This document shows positions 1-13,900 of a stretch of DNA of 64,000 nt, piece after piece (within the stretch, counting starts at the first letter, position 1; every line of letters starts with the position of its first letter). The stretch spans positions 42,048,464 through 42,112,463 of the forward strand of contig NC_043011.1 of the NCBI RefSeq assembly GCF_006345805.1, read 5' to 3'. Made by a program: the position numbers and the translations under genes. A model generated the notes under the pieces. That model saw only the letters and a program-made list of their open reading frames with translations. It searched no databases and had not been told where the DNA came from. The stretch is from Octopus sinensis. Lineage: Eukaryota.

Positions 1-520
1 GCCAGGAGGCCTCACCAAGCTCCAATCTGATCTGGCAATGTTTCTACAGCCAGAAGCCCTTCCTAACGCCAACCAGTCCGTGAGTGTAGTGGGTGCTTTT
101 TATGTGCCACCAGTAGAGAAGCCAGTCAGGCAGCACTGGCATTGGCCACATTCAGATGGTGCTTTTTACATGCTACTATCACAGGAGCCAGTCGGGGTAG
201 GGGCATCGATCATATATATATATATATATATGTAAAAAGCACCATCCGTTCGTGGCCGTTGCCAGCCTCGCCTGGCCCCCGTGCCGGTGGCACGTAAAAA
301 GCACCATCCGTCCATGGCCGTTTGCCAGCTCCGTCTGGCACCTGTGCGGGTGGCACGTAAAAAGCACCCACTACACTCACGGAGTGGTTGGCGTTAGGAA
401 GGGCATCCAACCGTAGAAACACTGCCAGATCAGACTGGGCCTGATGCAGCCTTCTGGCTTCACAGACCCCAGTTGAACCGTCCAACCCATGCTAGCATGG
501 AAAGCGGACGCTAAATGATG
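1..520. mobile_element. Two copies of the SINE with the GGATGCCCTTCCTAACGCCAACC core and (GAT)n tail, in opposite orientations
   Basis: The core reads forward at 1-130 and reversed at about 230-540, with internal tandem GGTGGCACGTAAAAAGCACC units; copies near 6780, 7420, 23820, 35460, 43300, 49020, 51950, 57120 and 58560. Confidence 0.8.
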
Positions 521-544
521 ATGATGCTGATGATGATGATATAT

Positions 545-578
<34 letters not shown>

Positions 579-806
579 ATATATATAAATAAGGATAAGA
601 TCGTTAATTTAAATTAAATAATGATCTTATCAAGTGGCCAGCATGGAAATAAAAACCTTCAAAGGAAATAATTATTGTTATATATATATATTAATGTGAA
701 TTTAATGGGATATATTATCCAGGCAGATACCATGGTAGCTCTTGGTTATGTTCCAGGTTATGGCTAACCACATCAATTAGTATGACTACTTGGTGTTTTC
801 ACTCAC

Positions 807-862
807 GCTGTTATTCCTCCGATGCGTAATTCTGTGTTCACTTCACTGAATTGTAATATTAT
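807..862 (-). CDS. Probable next integrin alpha exon (56 nt, phase 0 to 2): IILQFSEVNTELRIGGIT
   Basis: Acceptor tatacactccag|ATA, donor ACAGC|gtgagt; in frame after LGK. FS....EL.I resembles the equivalent segment of vertebrate alpha4 as I recall it. The next exon is not visible, so the end phase is unconfirmed. Confidence 0.5.
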
Positions 863-3800
863 CTGGAGTGTATATTTGCAATACTTATAATGGTAGGGAA
901 TACAGAGACTGGTACACTCTCAAATTTATTTCCTTTTATTTTATAGATTTTGTATGACAAACTGTAAAATAAATGGTAATAAATTTTGAGGATGTACCAG
1001 TCTTTGTATTATCTATCATTATAATCATTGCACATATATGTGTGTGTGTGTATGTATATGTATGTATATATATATAAAACTTGATGTAAGAAGAATTGGT
1101 TTGTAGTGTGCAAGAGATGGTTATCTTGGTATGTACATGTAATAAATATGGATGAAGAAGTGTCAAGAAATTCTTGTGGATGAAACCGGTGGAAGAGGGA
1201 GTCATGAGCAGAAATGGTGATCTCAGAAAGCTAACCTCATAAAGGAAATGACATGGGAATACAAGTGATAGGACCATGTTGAAGACACATACAGCTATGG
1301 AAGCATGCAAGTATGGAAAAAAAATAAACATAAAGCTGATGATAACAAGAAACTTACATATTTGATGAACAATATCATTGAGAAAGGTAATGATGTGTAC
1401 TTATGTAGAACCCATTTTCATTTCTTTATCTCTCAGTAACAAATGGTTCTGTTACATTGGATTAAAGTCTCTTTTTGCCCTGTCTAAATTCATGTTGTCT
1501 CTCCTATACTCTCCAAATTCCTCTAAATACCAAGCTGTTTAACTACTGCCTATCCTGCATTAATGACATTTGTCTCACTCTGGAGTCCTCCTCCTCTGTG
1601 ACTCCTACATACACACACAACTTCTCTGTGACTCCTACACACACACACAACTGTTCTGTGACTCCTACATACACACACAACACCTCTTGACCCTCTCACT
1701 CTTCCCACACTGATATGACTGTCACAGAGGTTCAATAGTTTGTCACTTTAAACTGTTTGCACCAAGTGAGACCCACAGCGGAAGGAGTGTGCCTTCCATG
1801 TCTGAGATGGTGCTGCTACTGCACACACAGCTATCCTAGACTACATTTAGAGAAGGGCTATTCGACTGATTGGCATGAAGTCACCCATAAACATACTCCA
1901 ACTTCTAGTCTGCAGATGTATTGCCACCTCCCTCTGCCTATTCTACCACTACTGTAATGGCCTCTGCTTCTCAAAGCTGACTGGTATTATCCTCCTTTCA
2001 TTCAGATACTCTTTACCCACTTCTATTACCATCCATGTTGTTTCTAACTTCTCAGGTCTTGGATGAAATCTATTATCACAGGGCCAATTTCTCAAGCCCT
2101 GTAATAATCACTTTGTCCAATCTTATCTTCCCAGAACTGGATCCTTCTGGAATTTCCTCCCTGTACATGTCTTTGCGACAGACATTGACTTGCAACAATT
2201 TTAACAGAACCTTAATAGCATCAGTTCCATCAAACTCTGAGGGTTTGTAAAAGCCCTAACATAATACCTTCCTCTATTCCACCAAACTCATACAAATAAA
2301 ATGAAAAAAAGATGTCTTCCAACAGCTTTGTGGAATTTTCTCCTGAACACATTTCATAAGCCTTACCTTTCCAAGCCCACTGGTTGAAATGCCAGGGGCT
2401 CCCACAACTGTATGTACTTGCTTGTTGAAGTACCTGCCACTTGTTATTGAGTAACCTGAAATATTAAAAAAAAAAAAAAATCAATTCAAAGCAAACCATT
2501 TAAGATCAGTGTTAAATCATTTCAGTTGCCCTCACTATTATTAAAATGATTGATTTTGCTTTTCTTTCTTTCGGGGTGGATAAAATAAATACCAGTTATT
2601 CACTGGGGTTGATGTAATCAACTAGCCTTTCCCCCAAATTTCAGGCCTTGGGCCTGTAGTATAAACAATTATTATTAACATGGTGAGCTGGTAGGATTGA
2701 TATCATAGCATTTTCTGGATCTTTACATTCTGGGTTCAAATTCTGTCAAGGCTGACTATGCTTTTCATCTTTTCGAGATCAGTAAAATATGTACCAGTTG
2801 AGCACTAGGGGACACATAATCAATAAACCCTCCCTCCATCAAAACTTCAGACTTTGTGTCTATAGTAGAAAGGGTTATTATTATTGTTAATCTAGTTAAA
2901 TGCAGCAATCTGGCAGAATCGTTAGCATATTGGGCAGAATGCTTAGCAGTCTTTCATCTGTCTTTGTGAGTTCAAATTCTGCTGAGGTCAACATTATTTT
3001 TCATCCTTTTGGGAGTCGATAAATTAAATACCAGTTGAACATTAGGAGGTGGGGAGAAAGTTGACTACTGGGGTAGAAAGGGCTCCTTAGCCGTAGTGAA
3101 GGCAATCTATCTAGGGAGATAACCTTACAATAAATCACTGGGTCCGTAGCTTAGAAATACTGGGTTGACATCCAGCGGGAACAGCTTTGTTTCATGGAGG
3201 AGGAAAGATCTTCTTTAGTACTTGGTTGTACAATGCTTTCCAATGTGTGTAGTAGTGGCGCGCGCACACATTATTAGCCATTTGAAAAGACTATGAAAGT
3301 CTCGACCACGGTCGAACAATGATGATGATGATGACTAGCTTCCTCCGATACTAGAAGGGTTTATTAATTTAGTTTAGGTAGCAGAATGACATGAGTTAGA
3401 AGAAATACAGGACTAAATATAGTTATCATTACTGTTTCTCTACATTTAAAATCCTAATCGAGTTACTTTTTGAATCTCATCTTTCTAGCAGTCAATAAAA
3501 AGTACCTGTGATATACTGGGGTCAGTTTAATCAACTATACTCCTCTCATCTAGTCAGTCTGAGAAATCATATCCCACCTCCATACGCATGCACATATGTA
3601 TATCATGACTCATACACTGTTCACTTTCCTGACTTTTGTACATACACCTTTGATGAGGTGGATTGCACCTGAGCACTATACACAATAATTTCATTATTAT
3701 TATTGTTATATAAAACTCTCTGCCAATCATTAATTCATTGCACTTTATTTTAGAGGGTGTATATATTTTCTTTCTTTTTTTTTTCCTCTCATGCAATCTG

Positions 3801-4778
3801 TTTTTTAAAGGAGGAGACCCTCTATCACTGATGAGAGGAAGGGAGGCAGTACTTTCAGGCTAGAGACGACCCAAATACTTTCAGCTCAGTAGACACTACT
3901 AAAGGAACTCAATAACCAGATGGAGGTGTTAGACTCTACAGCGGATTAAGTCTACTGCTAGCTTTTATCTTTTACTTGTGTCACTGGACTGTGGCCATAC
4001 AGGGACACCGACTTCAAGGGTTTAGTCAAATAGTTCAACCCCAGTTCTTGTTTTTTAAGTCCAGTACTTGTTCTATCAGTTTCTCTTGCCAAGACATAAA
4101 CAAACCAACTCTGGTTGTCATGCAGTGTCCTTGCCTGCCTATCACAGGCTTCTACTAAATCCACTCATAAGGCTTTGGTTGGCCTGAGGCTATAGCAAAA
4201 GCCACTCGTCCAAGGTGTCATGCAGTGGGACTGAACCTGGAACCATCTGGTCGAGAAGCAAACTTCTTACCACATGGCCACACCTATGCCTATCTACAAA
4301 CACCGTTACTCTGTGTGAATGTCTTAACCCTTTAGCATTTAGATTACTCTGTCAAATGTAATGACGATTTATTCACATTGTTATGAATTAATCATGCATT
4401 ATCTCATAGCTTTGACATTTTGATGATGCAACTGTATATTTTTGGAAGGACATTGTAGAGAAGATGTGAGAGGCCAGATCTGTCCAGTTTGAGCATAAAA
4501 CAGGTAGAGTATTTTGGCCGGATATGGCCAGTTTAAATGCTAATGGGTTAACCAACATAGATATTAAAGCTTTATTTCAAGGATCATCCACTTGGAATTT
4601 ATCCTTCCAAAGAGGTTTCCATTTCAGATTCTAGTTGGTTCTTTTAGTTGACATGTCCACAGATGTATCATAGTGGGTTGAATCAACACTAGAATATGAC
4701 TGGTTGCTCAGGAAATATGAAAAATAAAGTGAACCTTGGCAAGGTTTGAACTTGAAACAGGAAGGGCTCACATTTTAC

Positions 4779-4811
<33 letters not shown>

Positions 4812-7800
4812 TTAAAAATTTGATTTGGAGAGAGGAGGCATGCTTATGGCATTTACAGACTCTCCGAGACTGATGTGATTTATGGTAAATGATTTGAGCA
4901 AGAACATAGGGAAGGCAGGGAATTCTAGAAAGCTGGTGTTATGGGAAAGAAGGCTTGGAGAGAATGGTTAGAGAAGGAGGCTAGAATTGCAGACATAATA
5001 TAGGTGATTAGAGGCCGGGAAATCACTGTAACTAGAATTTAAAAAATTACAAAACAAGGAACTGGCCTATCTGTAGAAAGGAGGTTGGAGTGTGTTGGTG
5101 AGTGACTTTATGCCACTTGGCCCTTTTTTTTTTGGTTATGGCCTGGAATGTCTGTAACAGCAGCAGTAGTGCTGTCCCAGATGTGGCAACAGTTTTCCAT
5201 TTTGGGTCTCACTTGATGTTTGTAAAAAGTTAACTATTGATTAGAAACTGAAGAACTTTTTGGCATTAAATTGGAAAGCCATTCTTTGGAATGTAGCTAT
5301 CACATATTGTGGAAGTAAGAGCACCAAGAGAGATCATCTGTAATTTATGAGAATGAGGTTATACTGGATTGAATTGGCATCAATGTATAACTGGTATTGT
5401 TATAGGCGGCGAGCTGGCAGAATCGTTAACACGCCGGGCGAAATGTGTAGCCGTATTTTGTCTGCCGTTACGTTCAGAGTTCAAATTCCGCCGAGGTCGA
5501 CTTTGCCTTTCATCCTTTCGGGGTCGATAAATTAAGTACCAGTTACGCACTGGGATCAATATAATCAACTTAATCCGTTTGTCTGTCCTTGTTTGTCCCC
5601 TCTGTGTATAGCTCCTTGTGGGCAGTAAAGAAATAGGTATTGTTTTATAGAAACAGTAGGCTGAAAATCAAAACCAGTTCTGGTGGATTTAGAATTCAGA
5701 AACTCAAGAAGAATATTTTAATACAGGGTTTTAAGTCTGTCACCAGAAACTTAAGGAGAGGACCAAAATGTGGTAAGGTTTTAAGTCTGTCCCTATATTG
5801 TTTCTTTAGCACTCCACATTGGGCCAGCACTATGAAATGGCCAATGATATGAGGGGTCAAGTGTGATGCAGTGTAAAAGGATTCCAGTTAAAGACTGAAG
5901 AGACATAAGGTTTAGATTAACTTTGTCTCCCATTCTAACATTAAGGAAATGTCAAAACTGACACTTTCTTTTTATAATTAATGATGATTGCATATTTGTG
6001 TATGTATGTGTGTGTGTGTGTGTTCATGTATACATACGTACGTACATACATACATACATACATACATACATACATACAAAGTACTTTTGTTGATTACTTA
6101 ATATACACATATAACAGATACACACATATGAAAACTAAATATTAGATGTACATACAGACAATGCATGTTAAGGACACACAACCTTAAATACATACACACT
6201 TGACCTTATATATATATATACACACACACACAACCATATACATATTTATACACTCACACACACACACACATACATATCCTCTTCCTATTACATGTGTGTG
6301 TGTGTGTACAAACTATAATATGCATGCACAGAAACTCTAGTGAAAGTTGATCCTATCTGATGGAGGTGGACTGACATAATAGTTAACACTTAACTTTCAA
6401 TCTTTCTCTCTCCTTAGATTAGTTACTGTCACACATCATTTATGCCAAGAACATTTTCCTGTCTTGTGGAGATTTTATTTACAACAATAAAGCAAAAACA
6501 TAGCAAAAGAATGAAATATTTTTTTTTTAAATCAAAGAGGTTTATTATAATCATCATCATACTAATAATTGTGGGTTCTAGTAATGTGATTAATTATAAG
6601 CTAAGGGAGCATGGAAGCAGCTTCTCCATCCAGTGTGTCAGAATACAAAGTTAATGCAAATGAGAGGTTTCATCTGATATCAAAAAAATGATGCACCTTT
6701 ACAGCCATGTTTAACTCTGTCAGATGTAATGCTTTATCTATTCACATTTGTCATCATCATCATTAGCAGCAGCAGCAGCAGCATTTCACATCCGTTGTCC
6801 ACGCTGGCATGGGTTGGACAGTTTGACCAGGGCTGGTAAGCTGGAAGGCTGCACCAGACTCTAGCCTGATTTGGCATGGTTTTCTACAGCTGGATGTCCT
6901 TCTTAACGCCAACCACTTCAAGAGTGTAATGGGTGCCTTTATGTGCCACTGGCACAGGTGCCATTTGCATGACACCGGGGCACATTTATATGCCACTGGC
7001 ATGGGTGCCAATTTGTGTGACATTGGTATCTACCACAACTGTGATTTTACTTGGCTTGATGGGTCTTCTTTTGATGATGTGATTGTTTATTTTTAAAATG
7101 ACATTGTAGGGTAGGAGTGAGATGCCAGACCTAGAAAGTTTGAACATGGCAGGTGTGACCATTTAAATGCTAAAGAGTTAACGTGTATGGACACCCAACT
7201 CCTATGTTTTATTATTTGACTGAAAGAAATATTTAACTCAGTATTTTAATCAAAAGTTATTAAATGGATACCAAAAAGAAACCTCAATATTGAATATATT
7301 TTGTCACTACTACAAAGAGCTATATTAACTATTTTAGTCATCAATACTTATTGTGGCCACCAATAACTACTATAACCATCAAACTTATATTATTATTATA
7401 TAATTTTCCCATTCTGGTGGCATATAAAAGCATCCATTACACTCTCGGAGTGGTTGGTGTTAGGAAGGGCATCCAACTGTAGAAACTGTGTCAAAACAAA
7501 CTGGAGTCTGGTGTAGCCTTCAAGCTTGCCAGCCCTGGTCAAACTGTCTAACCCATGCCAGCATGGACAACGGATTTTAAATGATGATGATGATGATATC
7601 TGCTATCATTGCCTCACAATTGTGTATAGACAGGAGACACAAATAGCATTAGTTATATAAACAACATCACTACATTCATAAGAGATATCAAAGAAAGTAA
7701 ACTAACAAAACTGACATCGTCGTTATCATTATTAATATCCGTTTTCTATGTCAGCATGGGTTGGACAGTTTGACAGGAACCATCAAACCAGAGCAATGTG

Positions 7801-10800
7801 CTTGGTTCCAATGTCCACTTTCCATAGCTGGATGCCCTTCCTGAAGCCAATCACTTTACAGAGTGCAGTGGGAGCTTTTTTCATGCCACCATCATGAGTG
7901 AAGTTACAAAATATTCACAAGGCAAAACCCCTCAAATGGGATGGGTGTAGTATTGAGGGGAATGAAAGTATGATAGAGGGATAGGAACAAGTATCTTGCT
8001 GAAGAAGAGCTATATGGCTTCTCCATGTATATATCCTTTGATATATTGTTCTGTAGGGGTTCATGTATGCATACATCAATATCTCTCTTTGTCTGGAAGC
8101 TATGTTCTGCTTATCCATGCCATGTATTAGATATTATGTTAAGATGTTTATAAATTGCGCAAACTTAGATAAATCACTGGTGCTGCATTGGGCTAACAGA
8201 GAAAAAAAACTATGTTGGTGTGCAAACAATACTTAATGAATTATTCCAGTCCTACATGGGCCTCCAATCTCTCCACAATAAATTACAAAGAACATGAAAC
8301 TACACACAAGTGACACCCAAAGGCTCAACCCTACCACCACCACCACCACCATCACACAAAGTATTAAAACTGAAAGATCATCCAACATTGTTTGTTACAG
8401 CAGGAAAGTCCAACCTCCACAGTCCCAATTGTTACACGTGTAATCTAATCATACACAACACCAAACAAGCAAGGATGTCTGCAATACCTTAGAACATGAT
8501 TACAACATTATTTCTTGTACTCAGCTCCAATAAACCACATATACACTGAAATGGCTGTCACATCAATACCATCACAAACCCCAAACAGTGGACCATGGTG
8601 TACAGCAGCTGTGGTATTTTGTGTGAGTCCAGTCTTTCCCAATCCTTCTATAGCTCCCACTAAAGCAATGCAATAATCTCTTTGTCAGCGGTTCTCAAAC
8701 TTTTTTTTTTTTGCATATGGACTCTCTTGATTCTTGTTTCATTTGGGTGGACCTCCATAACCAATTTGATCTTTCAAAAATCCTATTAATTTTTATTAGG
8801 AATTATTCTCTTTTTCTTTTCTCTTTTACTTGTTTCAGCCATTTGACTGCGGCCATGCTGGAGCACCGCCTTTCATCGAGCAACTCGACCCCGAGACTTA
8901 TTCTTTTGTAAGCCCAGTACTTATTCTATCGGTCTCTTTTGCCGAACCGCTAAGTAACGGGGACATAAACACACCAGCATCGGTTGTCAATCAATGCTAG
9001 GGGGACAAACACAGACACACAAACACACACATGCATATATATACATATATACGACAGGCTTCTTTTCAGTTTCCGTCTACCAAATCCACTCACAAGGCTT
9101 TGGTCGGCCCGAGGCTATAGTAGAAGACACTTGCCCAAGGTGCCACACAGTGGGACTGAACCCGGAACCATGTTGTTGGTAAACAAAAAAAAAATTGTTA
9201 AATTATTTTGTGTATTACAGAAGTATAACCAAATTATTGCACATACTGACAACATCTTATATAGGCCTGAAAGGACTACGTAGACCCTGATTGAGAACCA
9301 CTGCTCTATGAGGTCACTTGATCTGTCTGAAATAGCAACCGACCCTCCTCAAATAAAACTTTACTGTCTTAGGCATATTGGAGAATGTGGTCCTCAGTTC
9401 TATACATGTAGGAAAACAATGGCACAGTCATGCCTGGAATGACTAGAAATAGCAGTCAGGTCTCCAAATCTCTCCTTAATGTCTTAGATAAGTGAAAAGG
9501 ATTTGATAATGTAGTCATAGATATACACCTAAAGAGGCAAGATGGTCATGACTAGAATGTATTTTGAATGTAAGCTTGCCCTACCAGTGCCAGCCTGGGA
9601 CTAAACAGCTGAAACAGGCATACAGATGTAGCCTGGGTATTGTATAGCATGTCCAGGGTGTCATACTCCACCCCATACTGTGCATGTCAAAGTATATAAT
9701 ATAGCCCGCAACTAAGGTTATAGTATATTTGAAACCTAGACCCGTGGGTTCTACATTCATTAAGCAGTTAACTATTTATTAAAGATTTCCTTAATCAGGA
9801 CTGCTACATGGTGCTACATAACTACTATTATGGTGCCACTTTAGCATGCAGTCTAACCCTAAACCCTAACCCAGATCAGGTCATTTCACAGCATAGACTA
9901 TGGATACTGTGGTAGACTGCATGCTAAAATAGGACCATTGTTAAAGCCATCAACTGAATGATGGATATTGGCAGAATTGTTACAACATTGGACAAAATAC
10001 CTAAAAAATTTAGATGCAGCTCTTTAGGATCTGAGTTCAAATCCTGCTGAGGTTAACTTGGCTTCTTATCCTTCTGGAGTCAATAAAGCACTGTTCAAAT
10101 ACTGAAGTTTAATCGACTAACCTCTTCCCCAAATTTCTTGTGCCTAAACAGTTCTATATTTAAGAGATGAGGTATTATGTATATTATTTACATTATTTAC
10201 ATTTGAGGGATATTTGTCCTCATCTTGTTTGTTGTTTACACAATGCTTCGGCTGATACACCCTCCAGCCTTCATCAGGTGTCTTGGGGGAAATTTCGAAC
10301 CTGGGTTCTCATTCCTAAGGTATTTTTCAATGTTGTTGATGTTGCTGTTGTTGTTCAGGTCACTGCTTGTAATCATCTTCATTAGCTTACAGTTGTTTCA
10401 GCTATAAAGAACTTTACTTCTGAGATGTGTGTTAGAGCAAAAATTTTACAGCTTCTTCAGAGCCATTTCATAAATATATATTTGTAGTAAACATTACAAG
10501 AGAAAAAAAAAATTATTGAAATATATTTTCTTGCTTTTTCGAAGACAGGAGCAAATTAATAATTTAATGAAAGTGTAATAATTTGAAGTACTTAAAAAAA
10601 AAATGTAATTAATAGTTTTTCACTTTGCATCATTAATCCTTGATGGAACATTTATTAGAGCTTTAGCTTCAGTAGTTTCTGAGATAATTAGAATGGAGAG
10701 TCAAATAATCAATTAAACATGTAGGATGGAAATCATGTTGGCTAAACTGTTCAATAATTAATTAACATTTCATTTCAACTGCATTGTGTTTAATAGGTTA

Positions 10801-10896
10801 CATATGTGGTTAGAAAAAAGCATGGTTGGAAAATGTGGTTCTCTTGATTAAAGACATAAATTAGATTTAACACTGAAAATACAGTTTATCAGCACT

Positions 10897-10939
<43 letters not shown>

Positions 10940-13900
10940 TTGTGTGTGTGTATGTGTATGAGTGTATGTGTGGGTGAGTGTTTGTGTGTGCATGTTTGTA
11001 TGTGTGTGTTTCTGTGTATGTGTGAGAGAAAGAGAGAGTGTATGCGTGTGTTTGTTTATGTGTGTGTGTGTGGTTTAGAAAATTGCTTCACATGGTTCAC
11101 TGGTTCAGACCTGCTGCATGGCATCTGAAGTAAGTTTCTTTGATTGTAGCCCTGGGTTGACCAATGCCTTGTAAATGGATTTGGTTGATGGAAATTGTTA
11201 TATGTGTGTATATGTATGTAAGTATTTCTGTTTGTCCCCCCACATCTGCTTAATAACTGATATTGGTTTGTTTATGTCTCCACAACTTAGCAGCTCAGCA
11301 AAGGGGACTGATAGAATAAGTAGCAGACTGAACAATATGTGCTGGTATTGATTTGCTTGACTAAACCCTTGAAGCCGACTCCCAACACAACGCATTCCAT
11401 TGACAAACAAGATAAAAGAGAATAGATATACAGTAATCCCTCGCCATATCGCGGTTTACCTATCATGGTTTATTATTTAAGCTTACATCGATTCCTCCGT
11501 GGTGTTTGTTTTGCATTTATAATAGAATAAATATATACAAATTATAAAGGTAATAAAAAAAAATATATACAGTACACTGCTGTTTCTGCTTTGTGGATTT
11601 TCACCTATCACAGGGTTTTGGAATGCAACACCCAAGATAGTCAAGGGATTACTGTATATAATAATCCCTCACCATATCATGGTTCAACTGTTGTTGCTTA
11701 TTATTTAAGCTTGTGTCGATTCGTCCGTTGTGATTTGCATTTATAATAAAATAAATATGTACAAATTATAAAAATTTAAAAAAAAAATATACAGTACAGT
11801 ACTGTTTTTACTTCACGGATTTGGAATGTAACACCTGCAATAGTCGAGGGATTACTATACATGCTGATAATATATTGCCCCAATGCATATGTAATGACAT
11901 ACATTGGTCTAAGGGTGTATACATATAGTCCTTCTTTTTGGATCATTAAAGGTAGTTTAAATATTGGTTGGTATGTGTGACTTCTGATCCAGTTTAATCA
12001 AATTAACACAAAAGGGGTCATATTTACAATTACAACTATGGCATCTGGCCTCTGCTTCTTTGAATTTGATCAACTCAGATATACACCACACTTAAACTCA
12101 TTCTTTTTTTCTCCCTTTTGTTTCATCCCTGTTGTATTAAACTTTACTCAATCCTTTTTCTGCTTTCTCAGCATCCTTTTTTCATCTCCTTCTCAGAACA
12201 ATATCCTTCCTGAATTCCTTTCTCATGCCTATTCCATCTGACAACTGTTCTGTAACAGTTACCTTTATCACCCAATCTAGAAAGGCCTTAAAAGAAAGCT
12301 AAATAAACTGGGGCAATGTCCCTCCACAATCTCTGGCTTAAAAAGAAAGGCATTGTATTTGCATTACATTGTTTTCTTTCTCTCTTTTTACTTTTTTTAA
12401 AATTTAAAACTTTGTTTTAACTGTGTCTTCTCTTTGTGCTTCTTTAATAAACTGAGAGACTTGATAATTGTATGCAGGTTGTCTGTGTATGATGTGAATA
12501 CAAAAGGCAATATGGCATCTCTTTTTAGAAGAAAATAGAGGACAACCAACATTGTCATAGCATGGAGTGGTAGGAGGAGGAGGAGGAGAGACAAGAGAGC
12601 CAGCTGCAGTTGAGACAGTATCTTTTGAGAGACTAAATTGAGCTCCATTTCAGAAGGTCATAGCTATATTATTATCAGTAATAACAGTATAATTGGTGAA
12701 ATTATGACCTACTGGATCATAATTTTGTCTTCTTTCTTATATATTTTACTTCTTGAAGTTCATTTTTTAAAAATAATCTCTTAGTGGCAAGCAGGAAGTA
12801 GAACACACGCATAGTGAATATGTTGGCAGGCTTATTACTTTGTTTTTAATTTGAGCCTCTGTGGCCTTGATTGGTAAGACAAAATTAGAAGAGGAATGAT
12901 GTTTAAGAGTGCAGAAATTCTGAGTAAAAACTGATGCAGAGGAGAGAGAGAGTGGGGGGGGGGAGGCTGTTTATATTTGTTGAAGATAACTTCCCTAGTG
13001 CCAGCCAGATGATAAAATGCACTCAATCCACACAGTAAAGTAGTTTGTGATATGAAGTATATCCAGCAACGAAAAAATCCATAACAAAAAACGTGCACAT
13101 GATAATAAAGTTTGGTGGTTTGTTCTCTACAGTTGTGCAAAATGATGAAGGACCATCACAGCAAGCTGTAAGATGAGATCCATCCAATATGGGGAAAATG
13201 CCCATCAAATTCTGACATACATCCATACTTTATCTCATGTATATACTGTAATAGTTATATATACTTATCAAAATTTGTGTTTCTAATTGTTTTAGAAGAA
13301 TATTTTTTTTACTCATTCTTGCTGTCTTGCACTGCTTGTTTTCAAAGTAGAATGCTGCTTGGTAATAATAAGACATGGACCTTTGATACAGGAGGTCTGA
13401 GAAGATTAGACAGAAATGTGGCAAGCATGCTCCACTGGATGTGTAATGAGGAATGGAACACAAATAAACTGAGAAATAAAAAACTTCAGATAAGAGGAGT
13501 TGGATGTTATGTGCCAGGGAGAAGACTGCACCAGTATGGCCATGTGATGATCATGGAAGATGTCAGTTGTATGAAGAAGTACTGAGAGTTAATGCAAATG
13601 GCTCAAAATTCTTAAAGAAGGAGATCAAAGGAGAGTTGGGACAAAGTGGCAAAGACTGACCTTAAGAGGCTGAATGTCTTGAAGGTGATGACAAGGGATT
13701 ATAAACTGTGGTAAGTTCCATCCTGAAGAGGACTTGCCAAACCTATGCAAATGTGGAAAAATGGGCCTCAAAGTGATGGTGGCAGTTTCTGCATTTGGGT
13801 CCCCCAATTGTTATGTTCATGTAAAGTCTTTATACACTGCTTTCCTTTCTTCTTAGCTACCATTCACCTTCCTCTCCAATCAATGTGCCTACCTTCTATC

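Noticed and set aside
230-370. Regularly spaced direct repeats (GGTGGCACGTAAAAAGCACC), also at 49020-49240, superficially CRISPR-like
   Set aside because: Internal tandem units of a eukaryotic SINE; the spacers are related to each other and there are no cas genes.
5404-5480. tRNA-like sequences with A/B boxes at many SINE heads
   Set aside because: They are heads of multi-copy SINEs; I could not fold a complete cloverleaf, so no tRNA gene is called.
8530-8680. Minus-strand open stretch ALVGAIEGLGKTG...
   Set aside because: Only a superficial VGA similarity; no good donor and it does not fit the propeller register.
12263-12286. 24 nt phase 1-1 minus-strand mini-exon (GLSRLGDK)
   Set aside because: Weak donor (gtaact), and it would interrupt the segment just before the conserved GYS motif; expected by chance in a 12.5 kb intron.
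13133-13167. Plus-strand exon-like segment ctacag|TTGTG...AAGCT|gtaag
   Set aside because: Isolated 35 nt with no partner exons or recognisable peptide.
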